Of a stretch of DNA of 64,000 nt, positions 32,670-43,300 are shown piece by piece. This stretch comes from Candidatus Moraniibacteriota bacterium (GTDB taxonomy: Bacteria; Patescibacteriota; Minisyncoccia; Moranbacterales; UBA1568), in the NCBI GenBank assembly GCA_016699385.1, contig CP064974.1:3242-67241 (forward strand), written 5' to 3'. Made by a program: the position numbers and the translations under genes. The notes beneath the pieces were generated by a model. It made no database searches. It had not been told where the DNA came from and saw only the letters and a program-made list of their open reading frames with translations. Positions within the stretch are counted from its first letter, which is position 1, and the number at the start of each line of letters is the position of its first letter.

Positions 32670-33815
32670 ATGACTTCGTCTTTGCATCATATTTCGGGTG
32701 ATTTTTCTAACAAAGACCGATGGATGATTGAGGCGTTTGCATCGGTGAGTGATGCAATTTTTGTGACGGATATTCATGGGGCGATATCTTTTATTAATCC
32801 GAAAGCAAGTGCTCTTTCTGGATGGAGCGTTGAAGAGGCAATTGGGCAACCAGTTGGGTTGGTCGTGAAATTTTCCATCGATGATGATTTGCAGACCGTT
32901 CTTTCCTCATCGCCCTACGCGCCTTCGGATTCGCCTCAGGAATTTACCGGCAGAATATCTCTTGTGAAGAAGGATGGTTCGTCGAGAAGTCCCGTAAAAG
33001 GGCGAGCGGTACCATTTTCCGATAAAGAAGGGACTCGTCTTGGAACAATCATTCTCTTGGGAGATGCGACAATTGAGCATCGGCTTATTCAGGCAAAGGA
33101 CCACTTTCTCTCTATCGTAGCGCATCAGTTGCGGACGCCGCTTGGAAGCGCTCGCTGGTGTATGGATATGCTCCTTTCTGGTGATCTTGGGACGCTGTCG
33201 GATGAGGCGCGACGGGCGATTATCAGTCTCCATGCAAGCAATCAACAAATGATTGAGTTGGTAAACGACCTCCTCGACATGGCGAAGTTCAATCGAACGA
33301 ATGGTGTCGAAGAATCAGTATCAGTTGATGTGGCTGAAGTGGTAGAAAGTATTTTCCGTTTCTTGGAGCTCGATGCTCAGCGACGTCGCGTAGTATTTGG
33401 TTTGAAGTCTGGCGCGGATATTCCGAAGCTTCTTGTTCCTAGGCGGCGATTTTACGAGGTAGTGCGCAATCTTGTGTCAAATGCGGTGAAATACAGCAAG
33501 CCCGGCGGACACGTGATTGTGGAAATTACAAATGTGAATGATGCATGCCGTCTCTCAGTGAAAGATGATGGAATCGGGATTCCTCTAGATGAACAGCAGA
33601 ATATATTTGCAAAATTTTTTCGTGCGAGTAATGCGGTTCACTCCCAGACTGAAGGATCGGGACTTGGACTTGCGGTGGTAAAGATATTTGTTGAATCGTG
33701 GGGCGGAAAAGTTTCTTTCGAAAGCGTCGAAGGGAAAGGAACAACGTTTTTCATCGAACTCCCCCTAAGCCGATTGTCAGCAAAAGTCTTGGAGAAGGAT
33801 CCAGGGAAGAAATAA
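32670..33815 (+). CDS. cytoplasmic PAS-domain sensor histidine kinase
   Basis: PAS-like N-terminal half, an H-box (IVAHQLRTPLGSARW) and a HATPase_c region (N, G1, G2 boxes: VSNAVKYS, DDGIGIP, GSGLGLAVV). No TM helices. Confidence 0.85.
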   Translation: MTSSLHHISGDFSNKDRWMIEAFASVSDAIFVTDIHGAISFINPKASALSGWSVEEAIGQPVGLVVKFSIDDDLQTVLSSSPYAPSDSPQEFTGRISLVKKDGSSRSPVKGRAVPFSDKEGTRLGTIILLGDATIEHRLIQAKDHFLSIVAHQLRTPLGSARWCMDMLLSGDLGTLSDEARRAIISLHASNQQMIELVNDLLDMAKFNRTNGVEESVSVDVAEVVESIFRFLELDAQRRRVVFGLKSGADIPKLLVPRRRFYEVVRNLVSNAVKYSKPGGHVIVEITNVNDACRLSVKDDGIGIPLDEQQNIFAKFFRASNAVHSQTEGSGLGLAVVKIFVESWGGKVSFESVEGKGTTFFIELPLSRLSAKVLEKDPGKK

Positions 33816-33834
33816 CTTTTTAACACGTACGCGT

Positions 33835-34284
33835 ATGACGGAAGATATGACAGGAGTCGCACCACAAGGAAATGGTATGGCAGGAGATGCGAAGAGGACG
33901 GCACTTCTCTTGGTGGCAGAAGATGACCAATTCTACGCAAACTTGTATCGGACGAAACTCGAGAAAGAAGGATTTGGCGTGGTAACGGCGGCAAATGGAA
34001 AGGAAACTCTGGAGCTTTTGAAACAACATAGTCCCAATTTGATTATTCTCGACCTTGTCATGCCGGAAATGGATGGGTTTGAAGTGTTGAAGAAAATCAA
34101 AGAAGAAAAGAATCTGCGCGATGTGCCGGTTATTATCCTGTCAAATCTCGGTCAGCAGGAAGATATCGATCGCGCTCAGGCACTTGGTGTCTTTAAGTAC
34201 ATTGTCAAGTCCAATGTTTCTATTCATCAGATGGTAGAAAGCGTCGAAGAAGCGCTCACTTCTGCCGCTGAGCATGCTCGGTAA
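33835..34284 (+). CDS. single-domain (CheY-like) response regulator
   Basis: LLLVAEDD...ILDLVMPEMDG...KS are the conserved receiver residues. There is no output domain. Confidence 0.85.
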   Translation: MTEDMTGVAPQGNGMAGDAKRTALLLVAEDDQFYANLYRTKLEKEGFGVVTAANGKETLELLKQHSPNLIILDLVMPEMDGFEVLKKIKEEKNLRDVPVIILSNLGQQEDIDRAQALGVFKYIVKSNVSIHQMVESVEEALTSAAEHAR

Positions 34285-34334
34285 ACATTGGAGTAACTCT
34301 GCGTGAGGGATTCTCGCGCATTCTTTGGTCTTCT

Positions 34335-36047
34335 ATGATTATTGATGAAGCTGCCCTTATTCATCTGATTGCAGAAATGCATTTGGTTTCAGATGAAGTA
34401 TTGAGCGGCGCACAAAAATCTGCAGCGAAAAATAAGACACCACTCCTCCCGCTCTTGGTTTCCGAGGGACATATGAGTGAGCGAGAGGCGGCGGAAATTA
34501 TCGGGGATATCCTCGGAGTGTCTGTTGTTCGTATTTCAGATATTTCAATTTCCGATTATGTGCTTCGAATGATCCCCCTTGTGGTGGCTCGTGCTCAGCG
34601 AGTCATTGCGATTTCATGTGATGAACGTGGACTTGCAGTTGCAATGGAGGACCCGACCAATCTCCAAGTATGCGATTTCCTTGTCAAGAAGACAGGTATG
34701 CCACTTCGGGTATTTCTCGCAACGGCATCTGATATCGACTTGGGACTCAGTCTCTATACCAAAGATATTGGCAAAACATTTGACGAGATGATGGCATCGC
34801 ATGTCGAGATGGCTGAGCGACGTGCAGAGAAAGGTGAAGAAACATCAGATGCACCAATCATTCGCATTGTGGATGCACTTTTTCTTTATGGATATCAGAA
34901 TAAGTCATCTGATATCCACATTGAACCCCGCGAGGAAGCGGCAATCGTTCGTTTTCGCATTGACGGCATTCTCTACGATATTCTCTCATTCTCGCGGAAA
35001 ATACATGAGCAGGTGGTAGCTCGGCTCAAGGTGCTTTCGAGACTGCGCACGGATGAGCATCAAGTACCTCAGGATGGGAAAATCCGCGCATCAATCGAAG
35101 GGAATGAAAAACCAGTGGACATGCGTCTCTCCGTTGTGCCAACGACGGATGGTGAGAAGATTGTCTTGCGACTCCTTGCTGAGCATGTGCGACAGTTTTC
35201 TCTCTCGACACTTGGGTTTGCTTCGCAAGATCTTGAGAAAATGGCGATTGCGTATCGGAAGCCCCATGGCATGATTCTTTCGACAGGTCCTACGGGGAGC
35301 GGGAAGACCACGACGCTCTATGCGATACTGAAGATTCTTAACAAACCGAATATTAATATCATGACGATTGAAGATCCAGTCGAATATGATATGGCAGGCA
35401 TCAATCAGATTCAGGTGAATCAGCGTGCCAACCTCACCTTTGCGACGGGACTTCGCAGTATATTGCGCCAAGATCCGAATATTATTCTCGTTGGTGAAAT
35501 TCGCGATGAGGAAACTTCCGGTATTGCGATTAATCTCGCCATGACGGGACATCTCGTACTTTCGACACTGCATGCCAATGATGCTGCTACTACGATTCCT
35601 CGCCTTCTTGATCTTGGGGTTGAACCATTTCTGATTGCTTCGACGGTATCGGTTATCGTCGCACAACGATTAGTGCGAAAGATTCATGAGCCATGTCGTG
35701 TGAGTGAGGAGATTTCTTTGGAATTGCTTCGGAAGGAATTGAGCGAGGAGCTTGTGCAGAAAACTTTTCCAAAGAAGTCATCAATTCAAAAGGGGACGAC
35801 CCGTGTCTATCGAGGTAAGGGATGTCCGCTTTGTCACGGAAGCGGATATATGGGTCGTGTTGGTATTTTCGAAGTACTTTCGATGGATGAAGAGCTTCGC
35901 CATGCTATCATGGAGCGAGCAACAGCAAGTGAGATTCAAGCTATTGCAAAACGAAGTGGCATGCGCACGATGATTGAAGATGGCATTGAGAAAGTTCGAC
36001 AGGGAATAACAACACTCGATGAAGTGATTCGGGTTGCCAGAGAATGA
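34335..36047 (+). CDS. pilB: type IV pilus assembly ATPase (GspE/PilB family)
   Basis: 570 aa, with GPTGSGKTTT Walker A, an Asp box, Walker B and His box (LVGEIRD...TGHLVLSTLHAN), and CPLCHGSGY. Confidence 0.9.
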   Translation: MIIDEAALIHLIAEMHLVSDEVLSGAQKSAAKNKTPLLPLLVSEGHMSEREAAEIIGDILGVSVVRISDISISDYVLRMIPLVVARAQRVIAISCDERGLAVAMEDPTNLQVCDFLVKKTGMPLRVFLATASDIDLGLSLYTKDIGKTFDEMMASHVEMAERRAEKGEETSDAPIIRIVDALFLYGYQNKSSDIHIEPREEAAIVRFRIDGILYDILSFSRKIHEQVVARLKVLSRLRTDEHQVPQDGKIRASIEGNEKPVDMRLSVVPTTDGEKIVLRLLAEHVRQFSLSTLGFASQDLEKMAIAYRKPHGMILSTGPTGSGKTTTLYAILKILNKPNINIMTIEDPVEYDMAGINQIQVNQRANLTFATGLRSILRQDPNIILVGEIRDEETSGIAINLAMTGHLVLSTLHANDAATTIPRLLDLGVEPFLIASTVSVIVAQRLVRKIHEPCRVSEEISLELLRKELSEELVQKTFPKKSSIQKGTTRVYRGKGCPLCHGSGYMGRVGIFEVLSMDEELRHAIMERATASEIQAIAKRSGMRTMIEDGIEKVRQGITTLDEVIRVARE

Positions 36048-36176
36048 CATATACGAAAAACAGTGCGAGATGTATGGTTTTTTTGATGCCTTTTCAACTG
36101 ACTCTTAAAAAAGTTTCAAATCTCAAATTTCTGAAATCGTTTTCTCATTTCAGGTCTGGATTTTGAATTTTTTCCT

Positions 36177-37232
36177 ATGTTTTCCTCTCACATTCGACTG
36201 TCTGATCGGGCGATGTTTGCGAAGCATCTTTCTATGATGTTGAAGAGCGGGATATCTCTTCCGGAAGCGCTTCGCGTGCTCGAAATGGAGACGAAGCTCC
36301 CGATATTTCAGCGAGTGCTCCAATCAGTATGTACTGATGTTGAGCGTGGCAAGAAACTTGCGGAAGCGCTTCGGATTCATCAGAAGGATTTCGACCCGTT
36401 TTTCGTGAGTGTTGTTGAAGTGAGTGAAGAGTCGGGCACACTCTCGGAAAATCTGGAATTTCTTGCGAAACAACTTTCAAAAGAAGATGCCTTGCACAAA
36501 AAGATTCAGGGTATATTACTCTATCCGGCGCTTATCCTTGTGGTTGCGGCAATTATGGGGAGTTTCATTAGTATATTCATCTTGCCGAAGCTCATCGATC
36601 TCTTTGATTCGCTCGACGTGACACTTCCGTGGTCAACGCGTGCGCTCTTGTGGTTTGCGGCACTCATGAAGGCGCATGGATTTCTCATTATCACATCATG
36701 TATTGGTTTTTTTGCTATGCTTCGTTTCGCAGTGCATACCCGACTGGTCGAGGCAAGGTGGCATATGTTTCTTCTTTCACTTCCAATAATCGGAACATTC
36801 CTCTCGGCAGTTTCCCTCGGGCGACTCTTCCGCGGACTTGGCATTATGATGCGAAGCGGGCTTCCGCTTGTGCATGCTCTTGGCGTTGAGGAACAGAGTC
36901 TTACAAACCGCGTCTTTCAGCGCTATACTCGGGAACTCAAAGAAGGCGTCTCAACCGGTACAGAACTTTCTGTCCTCCTTGAGCGTTCAGGATTCCGGCA
37001 TGTGCCGCCGCTCGCAACCAAGATGGTCGCGGTTGGTGAGAGAACGGGGAAGCTCGATGAAAGTTTCTTCTTCTTGAGCCGATTTTTTGATGAAGAGGTG
37101 GACACCGTTGCGAAACGATTTTCGACACTCCTCGAGCCAACGCTTCTTTTTGCGATTGCTGGCATCGTGCTTTTCATCGCACTGTCTATTATCACCCCGA
37201 TTTATTCGCTGACAGGGTCGCTACAGAGATAA
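36177..37232 (+). CDS. pilC: type IV pilus platform protein (GspF/PilC family)
   Basis: 351 aa, polytopic, with duplicated GspF-type cytoplasmic domains (LSMMLKSGISLPEAL...; LGIMMRSGLPLVHAL...). Confidence 0.85.
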   Translation: MFSSHIRLSDRAMFAKHLSMMLKSGISLPEALRVLEMETKLPIFQRVLQSVCTDVERGKKLAEALRIHQKDFDPFFVSVVEVSEESGTLSENLEFLAKQLSKEDALHKKIQGILLYPALILVVAAIMGSFISIFILPKLIDLFDSLDVTLPWSTRALLWFAALMKAHGFLIITSCIGFFAMLRFAVHTRLVEARWHMFLLSLPIIGTFLSAVSLGRLFRGLGIMMRSGLPLVHALGVEEQSLTNRVFQRYTRELKEGVSTGTELSVLLERSGFRHVPPLATKMVAVGERTGKLDESFFFLSRFFDEEVDTVAKRFSTLLEPTLLFAIAGIVLFIALSIITPIYSLTGSLQR

Positions 37233-37279
37233 GCAGAGGTATAGAGTTTGTAATTCCCATTTTTTATTCCTGCTCTTCC

Positions 37280-37717
37280 ATGATTTCTCGAGGATTTACT
37301 GTTATTGAGCTTCTTCTTGTTGTGGCAATTTTCTTTGTGATCGCTGGATTTGCACCGGCTTTCTATAGTCGATTTTTGTCGCAGGATGCTGTTGCCGAGA
37401 CGGCCGATCGTCTTGCTGGCTCACTTCGAAATGCGCAGGGATATTCACTTGCAGGGAAGGGGAGTCTTCCGTGGGGGGTGGCTCTTAGTAATAGTTCCCT
37501 CGTGCTTTTTCAAGGTGCTTCATTTGCGACTCGGAATATATCGCTCGATCGGCGAGTTGCTATACCTTCGTCTGTTTCGGTAAGTGGCTTGAGTGAGACT
37601 GTCTTTGCTCGCGTTTCGGGAATACCGACAGCTCCTCTCACGGTTTCCCTCACTGCCTCGGGTGGCGCTTCACAAACGCTTGTCATGAATGCGCTTGGCG
37701 TTGTGAATCGGGAGTGA
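37280..37717 (+). CDS. type IV pilin / pseudopilin with a prepilin-type N-terminal cleavage-methylation motif
   Basis: MISRGFTVIELLLVVAIFFVIAG has G-F at the cleavage site and Glu at +5. Confidence 0.75.
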   Translation: MISRGFTVIELLLVVAIFFVIAGFAPAFYSRFLSQDAVAETADRLAGSLRNAQGYSLAGKGSLPWGVALSNSSLVLFQGASFATRNISLDRRVAIPSSVSVSGLSETVFARVSGIPTAPLTVSLTASGGASQTLVMNALGVVNRE

Positions 37718-38031
37718 GAGTCGTTTTTGCCAACGACTCTCACAAAGAAAATGCCCACCATACGCGTGGTTATTTTTTTGTAAAATCATTTTTTCTATCC
37801 CTACACCCCTCCCCCTTGCACCTGCCAGTTGAAACTCGCACACGCCGTATCCCGACACCCGCACTTACACCCGCCACCCTGCACAGAGCCCGTCATCCCC
37901 ACAAGGTAGGCAGGGTCTGTGGCGCTTGCGGTACGAGTATCAATATCTACAGTATACCACTTCTCTCTCATTTTTTTCACCGGTTGTTTTACGAGTCACT
38001 TCTCATATTTTCGTTCAAGAATTCGGGACCA

Positions 38032-38059
38032 TTGGATGCGAATTCGAGCATGGTATAAT
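38032..38059 (+). promoter_or_regulatory. sigma70-type promoter TTGGAT-16-TG-n-TATAAT, giving a leaderless transcript for the 3xLamG gene
   Basis: TTGGAT at 38032..38037 and extended -10 TGGTATAAT at 38051..38059. The ATG at 38066 is only 6 nt downstream of the -10 hexamer. Confidence 0.45.
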
Positions 38060-38065
38060 GCCCTC

Positions 38066-40228
38066 ATGCATCGGAAAACGAAACGCGCGTATTTGTTTCA
38101 ATGGATTATCATTTCCCTCTTCCTCCTCGCGGGGACAGGAGGATATTTTTGGTATCAGTCGAAGGCGGGCGTGACGGTCAGTTCGCCAGGGACCAGTGAC
38201 AATGCTCTCACGAGCGGGCTCGTGGCACACTGGACTTTCGATCAGAATCATATCGTGTGGAGCGATACGACGACGGAAATTAAGGACTCGACTGCCGGCG
38301 CACAACATGGCAATGCCGTTGGCTCTCTATCAGAGGCAAGTGTCGTCCCTGGCAAGCAGGGGCAGGCGCTCAAGTTTAATGGGACGAGCGATCAGATAGA
38401 GACTCCCTACAACACGACACTCACTTCCTACTCTTTTGCCTTTTGGTTCAAGACGGGGGACGTGCATGTGGATGATTATGATACGATTATCGCAAAGTTT
38501 TATTATGACCGTTGCGAAATACGAGGGTACGCCAATGAACTCCTCGCTTGTACAATTGATAATTCAAGTAATCTTGTGTACTCCCGCTCCTCCGTTATTG
38601 ATGATACATGGCATCACGGAGTCTTCACAGTAACAAATGGCAGTCAGAAGCTCTATGTAGATGGTATACTCAATGATTCACGGACTGATGCATTCACCTC
38701 AGCTCCTGATACAATATCCATTGGCGTTGACTATGACTTGTCGAGTGCATCTCGCTTCCCTGGCTCCATCGACGATGTCCGTGTCTACAACCGCGTCCTC
38801 TCCGCTTCCGAAGTCTACCAGCTCTACACGGCTGGCACCGCAACAGTAAATGCTCCTGTCGAAGACCCCCTCTCCCAATCCCTCCGCGGCTACTGGAAAC
38901 TCGATGACGGCTCCGGCACCAATGCGACCGACAGTAGTGGAAATGCAAACACCCTCGCCATGACTGGCTCTCCCGGTTGGGTGACCGGAAACATCGGTCC
39001 CTCTGCCCTCGACTTCTCCGGAAGCGGACAATACCTCTCCGTCGCCGATCCCGCAAGCGGTGTCCTCGACTTTGCCAATGGAGCCGACTTCTCCCTCACA
39101 GGCTGGTTCAATCGAGACACTTTCACCGCCGACCACACCATCGTCGCCAAGAAAACCGACCAAGCTACCAATGCCGGCTATGTCGTCTGGATAGATGCCT
39201 CTACCGATACGGTCAACTTCGAAATTTCTGATGGTACCTATACCTACGAAGCAGACTCTACCACAACATTCACATCAACCGGTTGGCATCACTTCACTGC
39301 CGTCTGGGATGATAGTCGTGGTGCCTCTGTCTATATCGACGGAGGACTCAATGGAAGCACAGAAACCTCTACCAGTAGTATAGGAGACCTCTCGAATGCC
39401 AATGCCTTCCGTATCGGAGCCGAATCCGACGCCGGAGTTCCTTTTGATGGCAAGCTCGATGATATCCGCGTCTATGGCTACGCTCTCTCTGCTGACGAAG
39501 TAAAGAAGCTCTACAATACCACGAGCCCCGCCCAACCCGTCGACACCTCCTTGGTTGGGCACTGGACGTTTGATGGTCCGGATATTCAGGGGAGTACCGC
39601 AATAGACAGGAGTAGCTTCGGGAACAATGGGACGATAACGGGAGCGGTACCGGTGAAGGGGAAATTGGGCCAGGGGATGAGTTTTGATGGGGATGGGGAT
39701 TATGTGTATGCCGGGTCGGGGTCGTCGCTTGCCAATTTGAGCGCTCTCACGATTTCATTTTGGATGAATTTGGATTCGTTTGGCCAGAATAGCCAGGGAA
39801 ATGTTATCAACAAAGGTTCCGATTGTTGCACGCCTTTGGAAGGATTTCTCGTGAGAGTGGACGGAATATATAATTTTGTCGTATTTGGTGTTGATTATGA
39901 TGGAGCGACAGATCTTGCAATGCAGTCCCTTGATAATTCTCTGACGAGTTCAGATTTCGGTATCTGGAATCATATCGCGGTGACATGGACCGGATCATCC
40001 GCAGCGACGAGCGTCGTCATATACAAGAACGGACAAAATGTCACTCAGTCATCCGGCGACAATGGCATCGGAAGTCGGAGAGACGATTCCGGATCGGGTT
40101 TCCATATTGGAGTTGATGCAGGATGGCCCATTGCGCGTGCTTTTGATGGGAAACTCGACGATGTCCGCCTCTACAATCGTGTCCTCTCGGCAACGGAAGT
40201 AATGAATCTCTATACTCTCGGGCGGTAG
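38066..40228 (+). CDS. membrane-anchored 3xLamG (concanavalin A-like lectin) surface protein (copy C, intact)
   Basis: The ORF track starts at 37919, but the TM anchor begins after Met-50 (MHRKTKRAYLFQWIIISLFLLAGTGGYFW) at 38066. Three LamG_3-type units each end with a DD(I/V)R(V/L)Y(N/G)xxLSA(D/S/T)E(V)...LY motif. Confidence 0.8.
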   Translation: MHRKTKRAYLFQWIIISLFLLAGTGGYFWYQSKAGVTVSSPGTSDNALTSGLVAHWTFDQNHIVWSDTTTEIKDSTAGAQHGNAVGSLSEASVVPGKQGQALKFNGTSDQIETPYNTTLTSYSFAFWFKTGDVHVDDYDTIIAKFYYDRCEIRGYANELLACTIDNSSNLVYSRSSVIDDTWHHGVFTVTNGSQKLYVDGILNDSRTDAFTSAPDTISIGVDYDLSSASRFPGSIDDVRVYNRVLSASEVYQLYTAGTATVNAPVEDPLSQSLRGYWKLDDGSGTNATDSSGNANTLAMTGSPGWVTGNIGPSALDFSGSGQYLSVADPASGVLDFANGADFSLTGWFNRDTFTADHTIVAKKTDQATNAGYVVWIDASTDTVNFEISDGTYTYEADSTTTFTSTGWHHFTAVWDDSRGASVYIDGGLNGSTETSTSSIGDLSNANAFRIGAESDAGVPFDGKLDDIRVYGYALSADEVKKLYNTTSPAQPVDTSLVGHWTFDGPDIQGSTAIDRSSFGNNGTITGAVPVKGKLGQGMSFDGDGDYVYAGSGSSLANLSALTISFWMNLDSFGQNSQGNVINKGSDCCTPLEGFLVRVDGIYNFVVFGVDYDGATDLAMQSLDNSLTSSDFGIWNHIAVTWTGSSAATSVVIYKNGQNVTQSSGDNGIGSRRDDSGSGFHIGVDAGWPIARAFDGKLDDVRLYNRVLSATEVMNLYTLGR

Positions 40229-40315
40229 GGCGATAGATGGAACGAGAAGCATAGATACCTCATTCAATCCATTCAAGCGTTCATTTGTAAAAAATAATTT
40301 TCTAGCCGTCATCCT

Positions 40316-43300
40316 ATGCTACCCCTCAAAATATCGGTCAAGAAGAGAATGCTCCGATCAGTCTTCTTTTCGGTCACTGCCCTTTTTTTGTTCATCGGTA
40401 TTTCTTCAAGCGCCGAAGCGGCAAACAAATATGTGCGCCAGGGTGCTTCTGGGAACGGGAGCGATTGGACGAACGCGTATGCGACATTGCCGAGCCGATC
40501 TGACCCGCGGCGATACCTACTATATCGCGGATGGGAGTTACGGCAGCTACACCTTCGACGACAACGCCAGCGGCACAACGCCGATCACGATTAAGAAATG
40601 CACTGCGAGCGATCATGGGACGGAGACTGGGTACGGCGCGGGGTATTGCGATGGGCAGGCGGTATTTGGTGGTCTGACTTTTAAGCGCCCCTACTATGTG
40701 TTTGATGGTGCAAAACGAAATGAAGACAATTGGCAAGAGACGCTAGCCTATGGCTTTAAGACGTCCGAAATTTACGCAAACACAGGTGATGGCGCAAATG
40801 CTCCGAACATAATAATACGCTATGTGGATATCGGCGGTCCGAACGGAGAAATATGTACCGGGAGTACGCCAGGAAGTGGTATATATGCCGTGTATGGAAG
40901 CATGCACAACTGGACCATTTCCCGAAGCCATATACATAACGTGGAAATCAGTATTCGGACTGTTAATGTAAATAATTGGACTATTGAACATACCCATCTT
41001 GGTCCGAGTTGGGCAAAAGAAAGCATTTCAAACAATGAAGCGAGCGGGTGGATTCTTCGACACAATAAATTCATCGACAATCTCATCTATCCTCCAACCG
41101 CTTGCCAACACGGTGGCGACGGCGCGACGGCAGATATGTGGACTCGTGTAACCAACGGATCGAATGATAATTGGTCAGTCTATGGAAATGTTTTCGGAGA
41201 TAGTGGCACGTACAACAACATCATGCGCACCAATGCGGTCGTATTGGGAAGTTATTGGAGCGGTCCGTCGGACGGTGTTAGTGGGTGGAAAGTGTACAAC
41301 AATGTGTTTTACAACATTCAAGGAGGACAAAATCTCGTCAAACTGGGGAACGGAAGCGGCAATGTCGTCGCGAATAATCTATGGTATAAATCGCGGGAAG
41401 CCGGTCAAAATATCGGTATCGTTACCAATGGAACAGCTTATACCTCATGGTGCAATTCTACACCCTATTCCCTCTGCCCCTCTTCGCCCGGGACGTGGCT
41501 GCAAGGAAGCGACAATCCTTTCGTCAATGTAACTGGTTTTAATTTTAATCTTAAATCTTCGATTTCTGGCGCATCTCCCATTAATGCTGGAACGGCGCTT
41601 GGCGAAGGCTTTGACTCAATTGACGGAAACGGAAATACCCGCGGTGCCGACGGCACCTGGGACATCGGCGCCTACGAGTACACCTCCGGCTCTAGTACCC
41701 CCGACACCACTTCCCCCACTTCTCCCACCGGCCTCGCCGCAAACGCCACGAGCCAATCGAGCATCACCGTCTCCTGGACCGCCTCGACCGATCCGATAGT
41801 CGCGGGACAGACCACCTCAGGTATTTCCAATTACATCGTCGAGCGCTGCCAAGGCTCCGGTTGTTCCACCTTCACCCAAGTCGGCACTCCGACCACCTCT
41901 CCCTTCGTCGACTCCGGCCTCACGCCAAACACCTTTTACAACTATCACGTCCGCGCGACCGATGCCGCCGGGAATCTCTCCGGCTGGTCCAATGTGGTCG
42001 GTGCCACCACGCAGTCGGGCGGAGTCAATTATTATATCCGTGACGGAGGCACATCCTCAACCTGTACCGACTGGACGAATGCCTGTGATTCGCTTCCGTC
42101 GACTCTGGTGCGCGGGGCAACCTACTATATCGCGGATGGGAGTTACGGCAGCTACACCTTCGACGACGACGCGAGCGGTACGACACCGATTACAATCAAG
42201 AAATGCATTGCGAGCGATCACGGGACGGGGACGGGATACAGTGCGGACTATTGCGACGGGCAGGCGGTATTTGGCGGTCTGTATTTCACTCGTCCTTATT
42301 ATGTCATCGACGGCGCCACGCGAAATGAAAGTAACTGGAAGGACGCCGGGGCTTATGGCATTAGAGCGACTGAAGTTCGGGCGTCTCGGCTCGATGGAGG
42401 ACATTCCCCATCAGGTGAATGCTCGGCGGATAATCTGTCGTTCAGCTATTTGCACGTCGGCAATACGGGGACTACTTATGCCACATACACCGGGTCGAGA
42501 TCTTTTTATCTAGGCGGGTTTGGGGGCGGTGCGCTAGCCTGCCAAAATTGGTCGATCTCTCGGGTACTTATTCAGAACACGCTGGAGTTGCAGTGCGCTG
42601 GCGGCGAAGGGCTTCTTGTTGAGAAAAGCTATTTTTACAAAGGTTGGTCCAAGGAAGCAATAAGGGGGCAAGTGCATTGCAAGGATGCGATTGTTCGATG
42701 GAATATTTTTGAGGATTCATGTCACAATCCGCAAGAGGGCTATGCTTGTACTGGTGAAATTGCTGCTTGGGATGGAAATGCCAACTCAATGGATGCGTGG
42801 CAAATCTATGGTAATGTCTTCTACAAGACAGGGCAAGACACTTATCTCAATACAGACGCTGTTGTGATGATTGGAGATACGGTTGGTCCTGGGCCGATTA
42901 CTAATAATTCCGTTGCATACGACAATACTATTGCAGGAATTAAGGTTGGTTATAATTCGAGCATCCACTTAAACGGTGGCACAGGCAATGTCTGTCGCAA
43001 TAATCTCTGGTATGATACCAAGACCAGTGGTTGTTCCGCGAATACTTCTAGCAATAATATCCTAGCTACTAGCAATCCGTTTGTTAATTATCCGGGTGGC
43101 GATTTGCGATTGTCCGGTACCACGGCGGCGGGTTATTCTCTGGGTTCACCCTACAACGCGGATTTATTGGGCAGCACCCGCGGTGCCGACGGCACCTGGG
43201 ACATCGGCGCCTACGAGTACACCTCCGGCTCTAGTACCCCCGACACCACGTCTCCCACTTCTCCCACCAACCTCGCCGCTACTGCTCCTTCATCCTCCAG

